From: Trichodelitschia bisporula
Lineage: Eukaryota
Reading direction: 5' to 3'
DNA: 64,000 nucleotides
Assembly (NCBI GenBank): GCA_010356995.1
Contig: ML996701.1
Location: forward strand, 736,963 to 800,962
The notes below the pieces were generated by a model. That model was given only the letters and a program-made list of their open reading frames with translations, did not search any database and was not told the DNA's origin. Position 1 is the stretch's first letter; each line of letters opens with the position of its first letter. The translations under genes and the position numbers were made by a program. This document shows positions 37,115-48,259 of the stretch, piece after piece.

Positions 37115-38175
37115 TCACAAGTCCCCCACTCTCTTCACCGCGATCCGATCCCCCAGCAGCACACGCACCGCATCCTTCACCCGCCCCCCACCCCTCCGCC
37201 TCACCCACCCCCAGAATAATAACAACACGAGCAAATCAACAGCAACATGCCGCACCACCGCCCCTAACACCCCGCCCACCCACCGCACAACCCGAAACCG
37301 CACACTCCCCAGCACCCGCGCGCTCTCAAGCTGCTCCCGCAGCGCCGCGACTTCGGCCGTCATGCGCACCAGCGCGTCCTCCACGCGCCGCCGCCACCGC
37401 CCGTCGGACGCATTACTCTTCCTGCGCGTGAGCTTCGAGCTCTCCGGCGCGCCGTCCGAGCCCCTACTCTCCGGGTGCGGCGCCTCCTGCGCGGCTTGGC
37501 TGTCGGGCGCGTCGACGAATTCGTCTTCCTCTTCTTCGTCTCGCCGTCCAGAGTCGTCTCTCCGTCCGGAGTCGTCCCTCCGTCCGGAGAGCATGGGTTG
37601 GGGCGGCGTGTACGCAGGCGGCGGGCCCGTGAGGGGCAGGATGGGGGAGGATCCCGGCGAGGGGGAGGGCGAAGAAGGTACGTTTGATTTGACCTGGTCC
37701 CAGACGAATTCGAGTTCGGCGACGAGTTCGCGCGCGTCGGGGCTGTGCGCTGCGTAGCGCGTCATGGTGCTGATGAGGGTGGTTATGTACCGCCGCTTGG
37801 CCTCTGTCCGAGAAAGTCCAGCCTGAGAACTCCACGCATCCCTGGCACCGCATTTTAGCCTTTTATACGAGAGGTTTTTGGGAGGGGAGGAGGCGCACCA
37901 CTTTTCGCGCGCCTGCCGCGAGCCCTCGTCGTCCCCCACCGGCCGCTCCATTATCCCCGCGACGTCGCCTTCCATGGACTGCTTGTACAGGCCGTAGAGG
38001 GAGAGGCGCACGGCGGCCGGGGGTTTGGTGGCGCCGGTGCGGATTTTGTTTACTGTGTTTAGGGCGTGGGAGAAGACGCGGTCTGTTTGAGGGGGTTGTT
38101 AGTGGGATACAAGGTGGGAGGATGAGGATGCGACGATGCGCGGTGATGGGGTGGCGGACCGACTGAGTCTGACAT
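37115..38175 (-). CDS. Membrane-anchored acyl-CoA-binding protein (Atg37/ACBD5-like)
   Basis: MSDSV|DRVFSHALNTVNKI..RLSLYGLYKQSMEGDV..EKW|DAW..GLSRTEAKRRYI ACB domain, coiled coil, C-terminal TM segment (HVAVDLLVLLLFWGW). Confidence 0.88.
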
Positions 38176-38639
38176 GCTGGGCGAGAGCGGGGGCGCGCAT
38201 GCGCTGCGTGCGCTGGGCGTGGTGGGAGTGCTGTACGGGTCTGGAAGGTGTGGTGGATGTTGTTGTGCGTGGGCATGGTTGTGATGCGACGACGTGGTGA
38301 GGTTCAGCACTGGCGCATGGGTCGCCGGGTCGGTCCTCGGCTGACGGCGTTGCGGCCGGGAAGGGACACGCGATAGGCTGCGCCGGGCGGCGAGGGAGTA
38401 CCGAAGGGATAAGCGGGGGATGGGGAGGGATTGGGTGGGTTTACTTGTGCTTATGGTTTATGGTACTCGTGCTATTTATCCGTTTTGAGGGGGGAGTAAA
38501 GTGTCTACTTGGTTCAGGGGCGGGTGTTGTCCGCGGGATATGGTTCGGCGATCTTGACATGTGAAGCTTCTGTGCATTGACTTTTCGGATGCGGACTCCA
38601 GTCCGTGACCCTAACCCTCACTACCGTACATGCGACGCG

Positions 38640-39653
38640 TCAAAAGTCTTGCAGTGGACAGCCGTCCAAGCTGGCTCCCATCTTCTCTCGCACAACATCC
38701 CGCGTTAACTTCATCAGTCGCTCGCCCAGTTCCTCGTCGTTCGCCATGTCGCTCCCCTTCTCCACGATCGCGGGCGAGCAGATGTATTCGCCCGACCTCT
38801 CCGCCCGCGTTGCCGCGTACATCGCACTTACAGCACCCTCGAACTGATCCTTCTTGAACGGCGCATAAACCATTGCATACCCTCCAAGCGGGTATCCATC
38901 CAGTATGTGCTCATAGCTCTGCCGCGTGTCCACGATGCCCGGATGCGTCGCGTTGACCAGGATGCGCGGATACTTCTCCCTCAGATGGCGGCTCAGATAC
39001 TTCGTGTACAGAATCGCCGCCAGCTTAGACCGGCCATACAGCTGATTCGGACTGTACTCGCGATTCAACTCCTCCAGACTCTCCCACCGTACATCCTTCG
39101 GCGCCTGCTCATGCACATTCGACGCCGCATTCACAATCCGCACTACATTCCGCCCCTCCGCCGTGTGCTTCATCAGCGGCAGCAGATGCGACGTGAGCAC
39201 AACATGCCCAAAGTGATTCGTTGCCATGTGCATATCCACCCCATTCGCCAGCTGCCGCGACATAATTCCGCGCCCCGCATTGTTGATCAGGATATCGAGC
39301 CTCCCCGCGTCCTTCGCGATGTCCCGCGCGACCTTCGCCGTCTGCGCCCAGTCCGCGAGATCGCAGCGGATCCAGCGGACGCGCCGCGCGGCCTCGTCGC
39401 CAAGCTCTTTGCGGATGGCGGTATTGGCGCCGTCGGCCGTGTCGCTGTGCCGTGAGAGGACGTAGAGGGCTTCGATGTCTTTGCTCAGCAGCGTGTGTGT
39501 GCATCCGTAGCCGATGCCTTCGGAGCCGCCGGTTACGAGGGCGACTTTGCCTGTCAGAGGGGCAACGGCGGAGAGAGTGAAGTGGGTGCCGCTGGGTGCG
39601 AAGGAGTTGCCGTGAGCAAGGTTTTCGGCGATTGTGCGGCGGATGGTGTTCAT
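38640..39653 (-). CDS. Short-chain dehydrogenase/reductase (retinol-DH / bli-4-like)
   Basis: TGGSEGIG, NNAG, TNHFGH and YGRSK catalytic motifs; HPGIVDT. Confidence 0.92.
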   Translation of the reverse strand: MNTIRRTIAENLAHGNSFAPSGTHFTLSAVAPLTGKVALVTGGSEGIGYGCTHTLLSKDIEALYVLSRHSDTADGANTAIRKELGDEAARRVRWIRCDLADWAQTAKVARDIAKDAGRLDILINNAGRGIMSRQLANGVDMHMATNHFGHVVLTSHLLPLMKHTAEGRNVVRIVNAASNVHEQAPKDVRWESLEELNREYSPNQLYGRSKLAAILYTKYLSRHLREKYPRILVNATHPGIVDTRQSYEHILDGYPLGGYAMVYAPFKKDQFEGAVSAMYAATRAERSGEYICSPAIVEKGSDMANDEELGERLMKLTRDVVREKMGASLDGCPLQDF

Positions 39654-39809
39654 GCTGGTGTTGATGGGAGTTGTTTGACAATTGTTTGGTGGTCATGGTG
39701 GTGAGGTGGGGGATGACATCACCATGATGGCGGCAAGGTCGCGACTTTCCGTCTCCATCACCACAAAAAGACTATAATTACAACATAGCTAATGCAATAG
39801 GCCAGCCGT

Positions 39810-39831
39810 CTACCACTCCGAACCTGAGTCG

Positions 39832-39867
<36 letters not shown>

Positions 39868-42064
39868 GAACTGCCCTCTGACTTATCCTCGTCCTTCTGC
39901 TCCCGGAACCTCTTAACCGCCGTATCATTCGACTCTTGAAGCATGAGCATGTTCAAGCCGTACTTCCCGCCGTCGACAAAGTGTGGTAGGTACAGTTGCA
40001 GGTCCGTATGGTCCTTCAGCGGGCAGCCGGGTAGTGGATCCGTAATGAGCACCTTCAGGACGACACTAGTTTCTGATGCCGCTTGAATGATGCGCTGCAC
40101 TAACTTGACAGAGTCGGCATCACTCCCAAATACCCGCGAAAACGACTCCAAGAGAATGAACATCGTCTCTTTGTCCGGTAGCAGGCCGAGCAGCCGGCCA
40201 AAGAGTGCTATGCCGTGCTTGAACGTCTCCCGGCTCCGCTTGCTCCACTTGGCGTCGCTGAGGAATCCAAGATGGACGGTTGGCCGATGCTTTTCTATGA
40301 ATGCCAGCAGCTGACCATTGAGACTCCTTAGAATGGCTATCGGGCCCGCATCCTCGTCCGTGCAAGACAAGTTCGTCCTCAGCCCGCAGAAGAAAGACAG
40401 CACCGGCGACTTGGCCCCTCTGCCGAGCGACTCCGCTAGCATAGCCACGGTGAAAGACATGGCATTTTTCAGGTCCGACGGAGGATCCTCTGGTTCAATC
40501 ACCATGACGCAGCCGTCAGTCCGCGTCACCCATTCGAACATCTCCTGTGAGTTCATGATCCACTGCGCCTTGTCTTTCTCTCCCAGGCTGAGGTTCTCCA
40601 TGCCGTCGAGACACTCCTTTATATCATCTGCGGGGTCGGGGTTGAAGTCGCCTAAGCCATCGATCCATTCGGAGACTATCTCCGTGTTATCTTCTACGGC
40701 GAATACGGAGCCGCTCGTGGCGCTTTCGATCGTTCGCTGGCGTTTCAGTCCAGAGAATACGTTCTCTCGTGCTCGATCGATGTCCACTGCTGGTGTTAGT
40801 CGCAGCCAATATTCCACCGCGTCACTTGCCTGTCCCGTCTACGGGATTGAAGGATGGATTCCCCGCCAGGAACTGATAGAACCCAGTATATACTTCCGCG
40901 TGCAGCTGCTCAAGGAATTTCTGATCACGGTGATCTAAGTACTTCTGGAGATTTTCCGCGATCAGCTTCATGCCTCCCTCGTTGCTTTCCTTCATTGCTG
41001 GGACCGTCAGTAACCTTAAAGCTCAAGAGAACCAACGACCTCACCTTCAAGTGACGCAGCGAGATTGACGACTATATCCTTGACTTGCTGCCCGTTCTCC
41101 TCGATCCTGCCCATTCGCATCTGGGCGCAGATGTTGACTTGCTCCTGGAACTCGGCTATGCTTGTGTCCAATCCAGCCAAGGCTTCTGTTATGGTGCCAT
41201 TGTTCTTGAACTTGGACTTGAAATTCTCGCCCATGTTCATGGACAGCTTGTCGACGATGCGCTCGAGGACTACGAATATAGAGAGGAACACGGAATCGGC
41301 AGCGTATTTGAGCTTCTTTGACTGGACATGCACGCTGGATAGCTGCTGGACGGTGTTCAGCTTTCGCGGGATGTCGGCTAGGGCGCTCTGGATCTCCTTC
41401 CGCATGTTTTCGTGGTTTTCGATGCCCTGGTGAGTTAGATGAGGCCTCACGATTTCATAGCGATTGCCTAGCAATTGGCACCACTCACAGCAAGAATCAC
41501 GGTGAATGCACCGCAGATAATGGACCCGTAGGTGTCGTTTGGCACAAAAGTGAGCAAAGTCGACAGCGTCGCTTTGTGCTTCGCAGTAGCCCTGAAGCAC
41601 TTGCGGATAATGCGCATGGCTCCCTTTGTGCTATCCGATCCCTCCTTTCTCTCCTGAATCTTGGTTGCAATGGCGATGACATCCTCAATCTTGTAGTCCT
41701 TCGGATCTTTGATTTCGATGTTGAGCTTCTTATCCAGCTTCCGTTTCCTGAGCGTCTGGATGAAGCTGTTCAGCGTCTCCTGGAACACCTTCATCTGGGC
41801 CTCAGATTCCGCGTAATAGTCTTCACTGCGCGCGTCAGAAGGAGCTTCATTCGATCTTCAGAGCAAAGCCTACGTAGGAACCTCCGCCCGCGGCACAAAT
41901 TTGTCTAGTTCCTCTACAAACTCCAAATTCGCACTCGAGGCCGCAGCCGGCCCCGCCACCTGCGCGACGATGGTTTCCCCACCACGCAACTCAACGTATT
42001 CGGCTACGGTATTCGTGAGCACCCGTGGGCGCATCACCAGCGGCTGCTCCTGCACTTGCGCCAT
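39810..42064 (-). CDS. Hypothetical protein: helical N-terminal domain plus degenerate NACHT/STAND-like P-loop region and acidic tail (5 exons)
   Basis: Introns about 41826-41873, 41430-41487, 40994-41045 and 40787-40829 (GC-AG). LLTFVPNDTYGSIICGAFTVIL in the N-domain; AQWIMNSQEMFEWV..VLSFFCG..ILRSLNGQLL..LFGRLL..MFILLESFS..LKVLITDP; poly-Asp end. Confidence 0.75.
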
Positions 42065-42992
42065 GATGGTATCGCACTACAAGTGAGCGAGAGAAGCGAA
42101 CCAGTGTAGACGTTTCTTCGACGTTCGTGGTTCAGAGGATCGTCTGCAGCCTTCGGTCGTAGAGCCGCAGCACCAGGTTCGAGCACTGCCCCGCCCCCGC
42201 TCGTAGCCTTGCTGCCTCTCCCCATGTCTGAGGCTGAAGTAAATTTCGGGCATGCATGGGGTTGGGGGCCTAATGCACGCACGGCCCGCGTCTGGCGCCA
42301 TTATGGGCATACGGGCGAGCGAAAACTCGTTCTCTGGCCTGTCATCCGGCCTCACAGGCGTGCGGCGTCCAATCCTCGCTGTCGTGCTGCGGGGCGTCGA
42401 AAGTGTGAACGCCAGCCTTGTGTGAGGCACGAAACACGTTCCGTTGCAGAGTGATGGGCAGGCTCGCAGCTGCAGCTAGGGGTGCGGGTACTTGATTGAT
42501 GTTGATACTGGAGGCCAAGCTTGACCGCCAGGAATGGATGAGTGAGGCAACTGTAAGTTTGGCTGATGGATCATGTAAGGATACTTGACGCCAAGAACGC
42601 CGTCCTAGTTGCAGCGGGGGTTTAGTTGGACGTCTTCGCTTGGGGATGGCGATACGGGCGGTTGGCTAATCAGCGAACCAGGGTTGCGGCTGAACTGCAC
42701 CCACTATCCGGTGCGGGACGAAGCGACCAGACAGCGGGGAGGGATTGCGCCATGGCGGATTGGGCATGGCCGGGGTGCTGAATAGCGTTTGCCCGTTGCT
42801 GTGGTGCGGGGTGGTGTTACTCCGGTCAGTCCAGCACCTACAGCTAGCGGGGGTGGTTGGGGAGGAATCGTACATATTAGCGTAGCCTTGCTGTTTGGGC
42901 GGGGGCGCCAGAAAACTGGTAACTCTTTGTCCAGCTTTCTCGTGAACGCTGAGCGTCGAGAGTTGCATTCTACGAGAGAGTTTTTTATCGAA

Positions 42993-45900
42993 ATGACAAT
43001 GACGCCAAAGCAGCGAATGCCGGCGCCCAACGAGGAAGGTCCTACGAGTACGTATCCCGCCCCCGAATTCGAGCGCTGGCTAACAGCTTCAGACCCGGAT
43101 CTCCTCTCCCCGGAGAAAGCGACCGACCGCTCTGGCACCAGCACGGCCAGCTCCGTCTCTGATCAGCTATCTACCGATGTCACCCCGCAAACCACCGTCT
43201 CTAGCTACTCCGGAGATGACAGTCCGACCCCCAAGGCCACAGAAACAGTCTTGACCCCCGCTCCTAGCGAGGGTGCTTCTACAGAGGCAGTCCTGGGAGA
43301 AGCTTCCGGCGAAACACTCGCCGGCGACGCTCCAAGCGGCGAAACCGAAGCCGGCAGGGAACCTGCGTCCGCCGAAGCCGCCAGTGGCGATGCTACCGCC
43401 GGAGCCGAACTGACTGCCGAAACTACAGAGGCCGGACCGAGTGGCGATGCACCAACCGGCGAAGATGCGGAAGCCAAAGACCCGCTCGACTTTTTGTCGC
43501 CTGAAGCGGCAGCGCAGATCGAGCGCATCACTCGTGCGATGATCGATGACAAGACGACAGAGAGCGGCGGCGAGGAAGATGAGGACTACAACGCCCCATT
43601 TGATGCCTACGGACGGCCTAGGTCGGGCCGCATCGCGAGCGCGAACCGGCTCAACGCCCAGACGCTCTACCGGCTGTATTTGCACAAACTGAATCCGTCG
43701 GTGAACTACAAGGGGCTGAAGAACGAGAAGGGATTCAAGCTGATCAAGAGCTTTGTCGATTACGTCCGCGTGCTCGAGGAGCGTGTCGAAGTGCTCGAGT
43801 CGCGCCGCGAGGAGCCCGAACCCGAGCGCGAGGAATCGGTTGTGCCGCCGGAGCCGGAGCCCGAGCCTGCGCCGCCGAAGGCGGAGGAAGAGGCTGTGCC
43901 GGAAGTGCCGCCTGAAGAGCCGAAGGAGCCGGAGTTCGATTGTACGCCGAAGTGGTACGATGTTGCGAAGCACAATTTCGGCCCCGATGGGCGGTACGAG
44001 GACGACAACCGCCAGGGGACGTATGCGAGCACGTTGGACGCTGAGGGGTTGATGCGTGTGCTTTTCCGCTGGTCGGACGACGTGGCGCAGAAGCCGCCGA
44101 AGCTGGAAGAGGGTGTGCAGCCGGATGGGCGTCACGTCGAACCGCTGGAGATTGGCATCTGCTCGGAGCCGATTGCTGAGTATTTCCAGGAGCTGATGGG
44201 GATTGAGAATGCGCTTCCTAGCAACTTGGTGCGCATTTCTAAGCCCTTCCGCCCGCTGCTGCGCAACCTGGACTCCCTGAGGGATCACTTGACCAAGTTG
44301 GAGGGGATGTTTGGGGACAAGAAGGAAGGAGATGCGGAAGGAGAGGCGGAAGAGAAAGACGAGAAAGCTGAGAAAGACGACAAGGAAAAGCCTGAAGGCG
44401 AGGAAGCTGAAGTCGCAAATGCTGAGGAGAAGACTGAAGGCGGGGATGCTGAGGAAGAGAAGACGGACGAGATGCCGTACCCGCCAGGCCCAGAGGATGA
44501 GGACAAGTCCATCAAGTCGTATGAGCGTCGCCCCGCCCTCGAGCACTTCCGTGCCTTGATTCAGTTCGTCGACAAGTACTTTGCTAAGCAACTCAGCCTC
44601 CTCAAGGGCGTCAAGGCCGGCAAGGTCGCGCGCCTCGCGTTTGACAACCTCTGGATGCTCTTCGACTCCGGCGACAACATCTACTCCTCCCAACAGCAGG
44701 GCGGCCAGACACTGCGTGGCGAAGACGATGAAACGCATGTCAGCAAGCGGCGTGACGTGCCACAGGCCTACCGCGTGCTGGCCACCATCGGGGGCGTCCC
44801 GCTTCAAAAAATTCTGGCGCCGCGGAGCTTAAACACCGAGTTCGACGCCATGGACGACTTGTTCTTTGCGCCGTACTATCAATGGCGGCCTCGAAACAAC
44901 CAGTTCCGCGGCCTCGGGACGGGTCTCGGACAGCGCGCCGATAGGCGGCTAGGAGGACAACGTGGGCCGGTGCAGGCCCAGGAGCAGCCCAAGCGCAACT
45001 ACTCGCAGCAGATGAAGGGGAACTACTCGCCGCTCTACGTTCACTGCTTCTACATCGACTTCGACGGCACCAAGTACGGCACCGTTACCGAGATCTTCCA
45101 GTTCAAGCCCTATGACGACGAAGTCGAGGTCCGCAGCCTCGAGGCTTTCCCGCTGCAGTACCTCGACCCTAACCCCGCGGCCTTTGACGACCCGGAGCGC
45201 TCGCCGGAGCATGAGGCCAAGCCGCCGCCGGAGCTCGACATGCTGCTTGAGCGCGGCAAGAAGTTCATTGACTCGACTGTCGTGTCGCACATGGCCTACG
45301 ATGGCCAGACTGTCGGCGAGAGCCGCGAGGAGATCAGCAGTCCCGTGATTGTGGACATGAAGCTCGCATTCCAGGAGGCCGAGCGGTCGCTGGGCGACGC
45401 GAGCGCCGCGCCGCCGGAGTTTACCTCGCTCACCAAGTTCTGGCCGCGGATCCGAGAGCCGCAGTTCCATGAGTTCATCGGGTATGACAGCTGCACGACG
45501 CGGTGGTGCCAGACGCGCGACCACCAGTTCGATCACTACGAGCGGCGCCAGAAGAAGCTGCGCGAGAAGATGGAGCCGAAGATCAAGTCGCTGCTCGAGG
45601 AGTTTGAGACGGACAAAGCGGACCATCGCGAGGGTTTGAAGAAATTTAAGGAGTACATGGAGGAGAAAGATCTCGTGCGCTTGCTTCCGGGTGTTGTACG
45701 GGCCTTTGCACTGCGGAACCGCAAGTGGGTCCAGGTTGACCTGCGGAAGCTGCAGTACATCAAGCAAGCGGATGGCTGGAACGATCTTGTCCTTCCCAAG
45801 GGCCACCGGAAGATGGTGCAGGCTATGGTCGAGACACACACGTCGTGGTCGAACATGCAGCGCAAGGAGAAGGTCGAGATGGATCTTGTCCAGGGCAAGG

Positions 45901-46999
45901 GCAAGGGGTGTATTATCCTTCTGCACGGCGCGCCGGGCGTGGGCAAAACTTCGACTGCCGGTACGTCTCCCGGCACTTTCCTGATACTGCAATGCTAACT
46001 GGTCAGAATGCGTGGCAGCGTACACCCAGCGACCGCTGTACCCGATCACCTGCGGCGACATCGGCTACCTCCCCGAGATCGTCGAGAAGAATATGGAGCG
46101 GCACTTCCGGCTCGCACACAAATGGGGCTGTGTGCTGCTCCTCGACGAAGCTGACGTATTCCTAGCGAAGCGCAGCGTAAGTCCCATGCTCTCACCTCAG
46201 TCCCTCCTAACACCCCCAACAGAAAGACGACGTCAAGCGCAACGGGCTAGTCTCTGTCTTCCTGCGCATCCTAGAGTACTACTCCGGCATCCTGTTCCTA
46301 ACCACCAACCGCGTCGGCGCCATCGACGACGCCTTCCGCTCGCGCCTGCACCTGACTTTGTACTACCCCAAGCTGAGCAAATCGCAAACCATAAAGATCT
46401 GGAAAACGAACCTCGACCGCCTGATCGCCATCAACGAGACGCGGGCGGCCAAAGGCCTGCCGCCGGTCGTCTACGATAAGAAGAAGATCATCAAGTGGGC
46501 GAAGAAGTACTGGGACGCGCTCAACTGGAACGGGCGCCAGATCCGGAATGCCTTCCAGACGGCGGTGGCGCTGGGCGAGTTTGCGAATACGAAGGGTGTG
46601 AATGGCACACCTGGGCGGGATGAAGACGCGCAGGTTTCACCGATCATGGATGTTGAGCATTTTGAAATTATTGCGCGGGCGAGTATTCAGTTTAATGATT
46701 ACTTGCTGTTGACGCATGGGGCGGATGAGGATAAGATGGCGAAGCGGGATATGGTGCGCACCACGGAGCCGGTGAAGAGTAAGTTGTTCGAGTTTGAGGT
46801 TAGCTCGGATGAGTATGATTCGGACTCTTCAGACGAGTCGGAGGAGAATGATAGTGAGTCTTCGTCGTCGTCGGACTCGGATGCGAGTGAGAAGAAGAAG
46901 CGGAAGAAGAAGAAGGCCAAGGCTGAGGTGAAGGACAAGAAGAGCAAGGGCAAGGAGAAGACCAAGGACAAGAAGAAGGACAAGAAGAAAGAGAAGTAG
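42993..46999 (+). CDS. Large fungal AAA+ ATPase
   Basis: Walker A DLVQGKGKGCIILLHGAPGVGKTSTA|ECVA, Walker B VLLLDEADVFL, FLRILEYYSGILFLTTNRVGAIDDAFRSR, WNGRQIRNAFQTA. Introns about 45962-46007 and 46177-46221. Acidic N-terminus; acidic then Lys-rich C-tail. Confidence 0.92.
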
Positions 47000-47220
47000 A
47001 CGAGGCCAGTCTGTTCTCGGGAGGTTGTAATGCCAGGTTCCCTTCAGCCCGTGGACTGCTTCTTTGGGCTCGAGATTTTTATCATTTGATGGATTAGGGA
47101 CTGGGCCTGCATGGTTACATATAATGATCCTCACTTCCATTCGCAAGTGTGCTGCACTCATGTATGTGCCTGACATCGTGAAGTCTCACTGTGGGACCAG
47201 CCGCGCGTCGCACCCAGGCA

Positions 47221-47254
47221 GCAGCAAATCTTCCGTGCAGCAAATCTTCCGTGC
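47221..47254. repeat. Perfect 16-bp tandem duplication
   Basis: gcagcaaatcttccgt x2. Confidence 0.85.
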
Positions 47255-47348
47255 GCCAAAAGCGCCTCACATATCCACAACAGGCAGCACCAAGCATATA
47301 TAAGATCTCGCGAACCATGGCATGGTATATTGTATCTACATCTTCACC

Positions 47349-48258
47349 ATGCCCCTCGCAACAATCGAAAAGCTGCCTACGGAACTGCTGCAGGAAATCT
47401 TCCTGCACGCGCCGGAGGTCAACCTCCCGCGCGCATCACCCATCCTGGCATTGAAACTCCAGCACCCGCTCATCTACCTCCAGGTCTGCGCCGATGTGTT
47501 CGAATACCCCCCGCCGCAGCGCAGGTTCGCCAAAGTCGAAGCGGAGGTGGTACAGCGACAAGCCGCCGTGTTCGCCATGCGCTGGATGACACTTCCCCTC
47601 CTACAAATCTACGTCATCCACCGCTCAGCCCGCACCCCTTGCTCAACACCCATATCCTCAATCTACGACCCGCCAAACAGAGTCACTAAGACTCCGCCAT
47701 GGCTCCATTGCGGCATCCCAACCCGCCTCCTCCACGGCCCCTGGACGGCGGACAAAGTCGCGTTCCTCGACTTTCTGCTTCACAACCTGCATATGCGGCT
47801 CGACCGGACCGACCGCACCGTTGCGGCGATAGCGAGCCAAGGGAAACGCGATGCCGTACTAGAGCGGAATTTCGAAGTCGTGCACCTGCTGGCGCATGTG
47901 CGGCGGTTGGGACGCCCACCGACGCGGGATCTGGTTCGCTTCGCGGTGATAGAGGGCGAGTGCGACCGGAGCATCGTGTTTGCGCTGATGGTCGCGGCGA
48001 AAGACTGGCGGACGAGTCGGTGGGAAGATGCGGAGCTGGATGAATGGGTGGAGCGCGAAGAGGCAAAGGGTAATCCCAAGGCGGCATGGCTGCGGCTCAA
48101 GCTGATGGAGATACGAGCCGGCGCGAAGAGCTATCCGCAGGCTGAGACCGGCAACTACGAGTTGCCTGGAGACGTGCTACAGACCAAAAAGGCAAAACGT
48201 TGGGTAAGTGATGTCCGGGTTGGAGAATATGCAGACTGATACATATTAGTGTCTATGA
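47349..48258 (+). CDS. Hypothetical protein with F-box-like N-terminus
   Basis: IEKLPTELLQEIFLHAPEVNLPRASPILA. Either ends unspliced at 48239, or splices via intron 48204-48249 to a TGA ending at 48258. Confidence 0.7.
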
Positions 48259-48259
48259 G

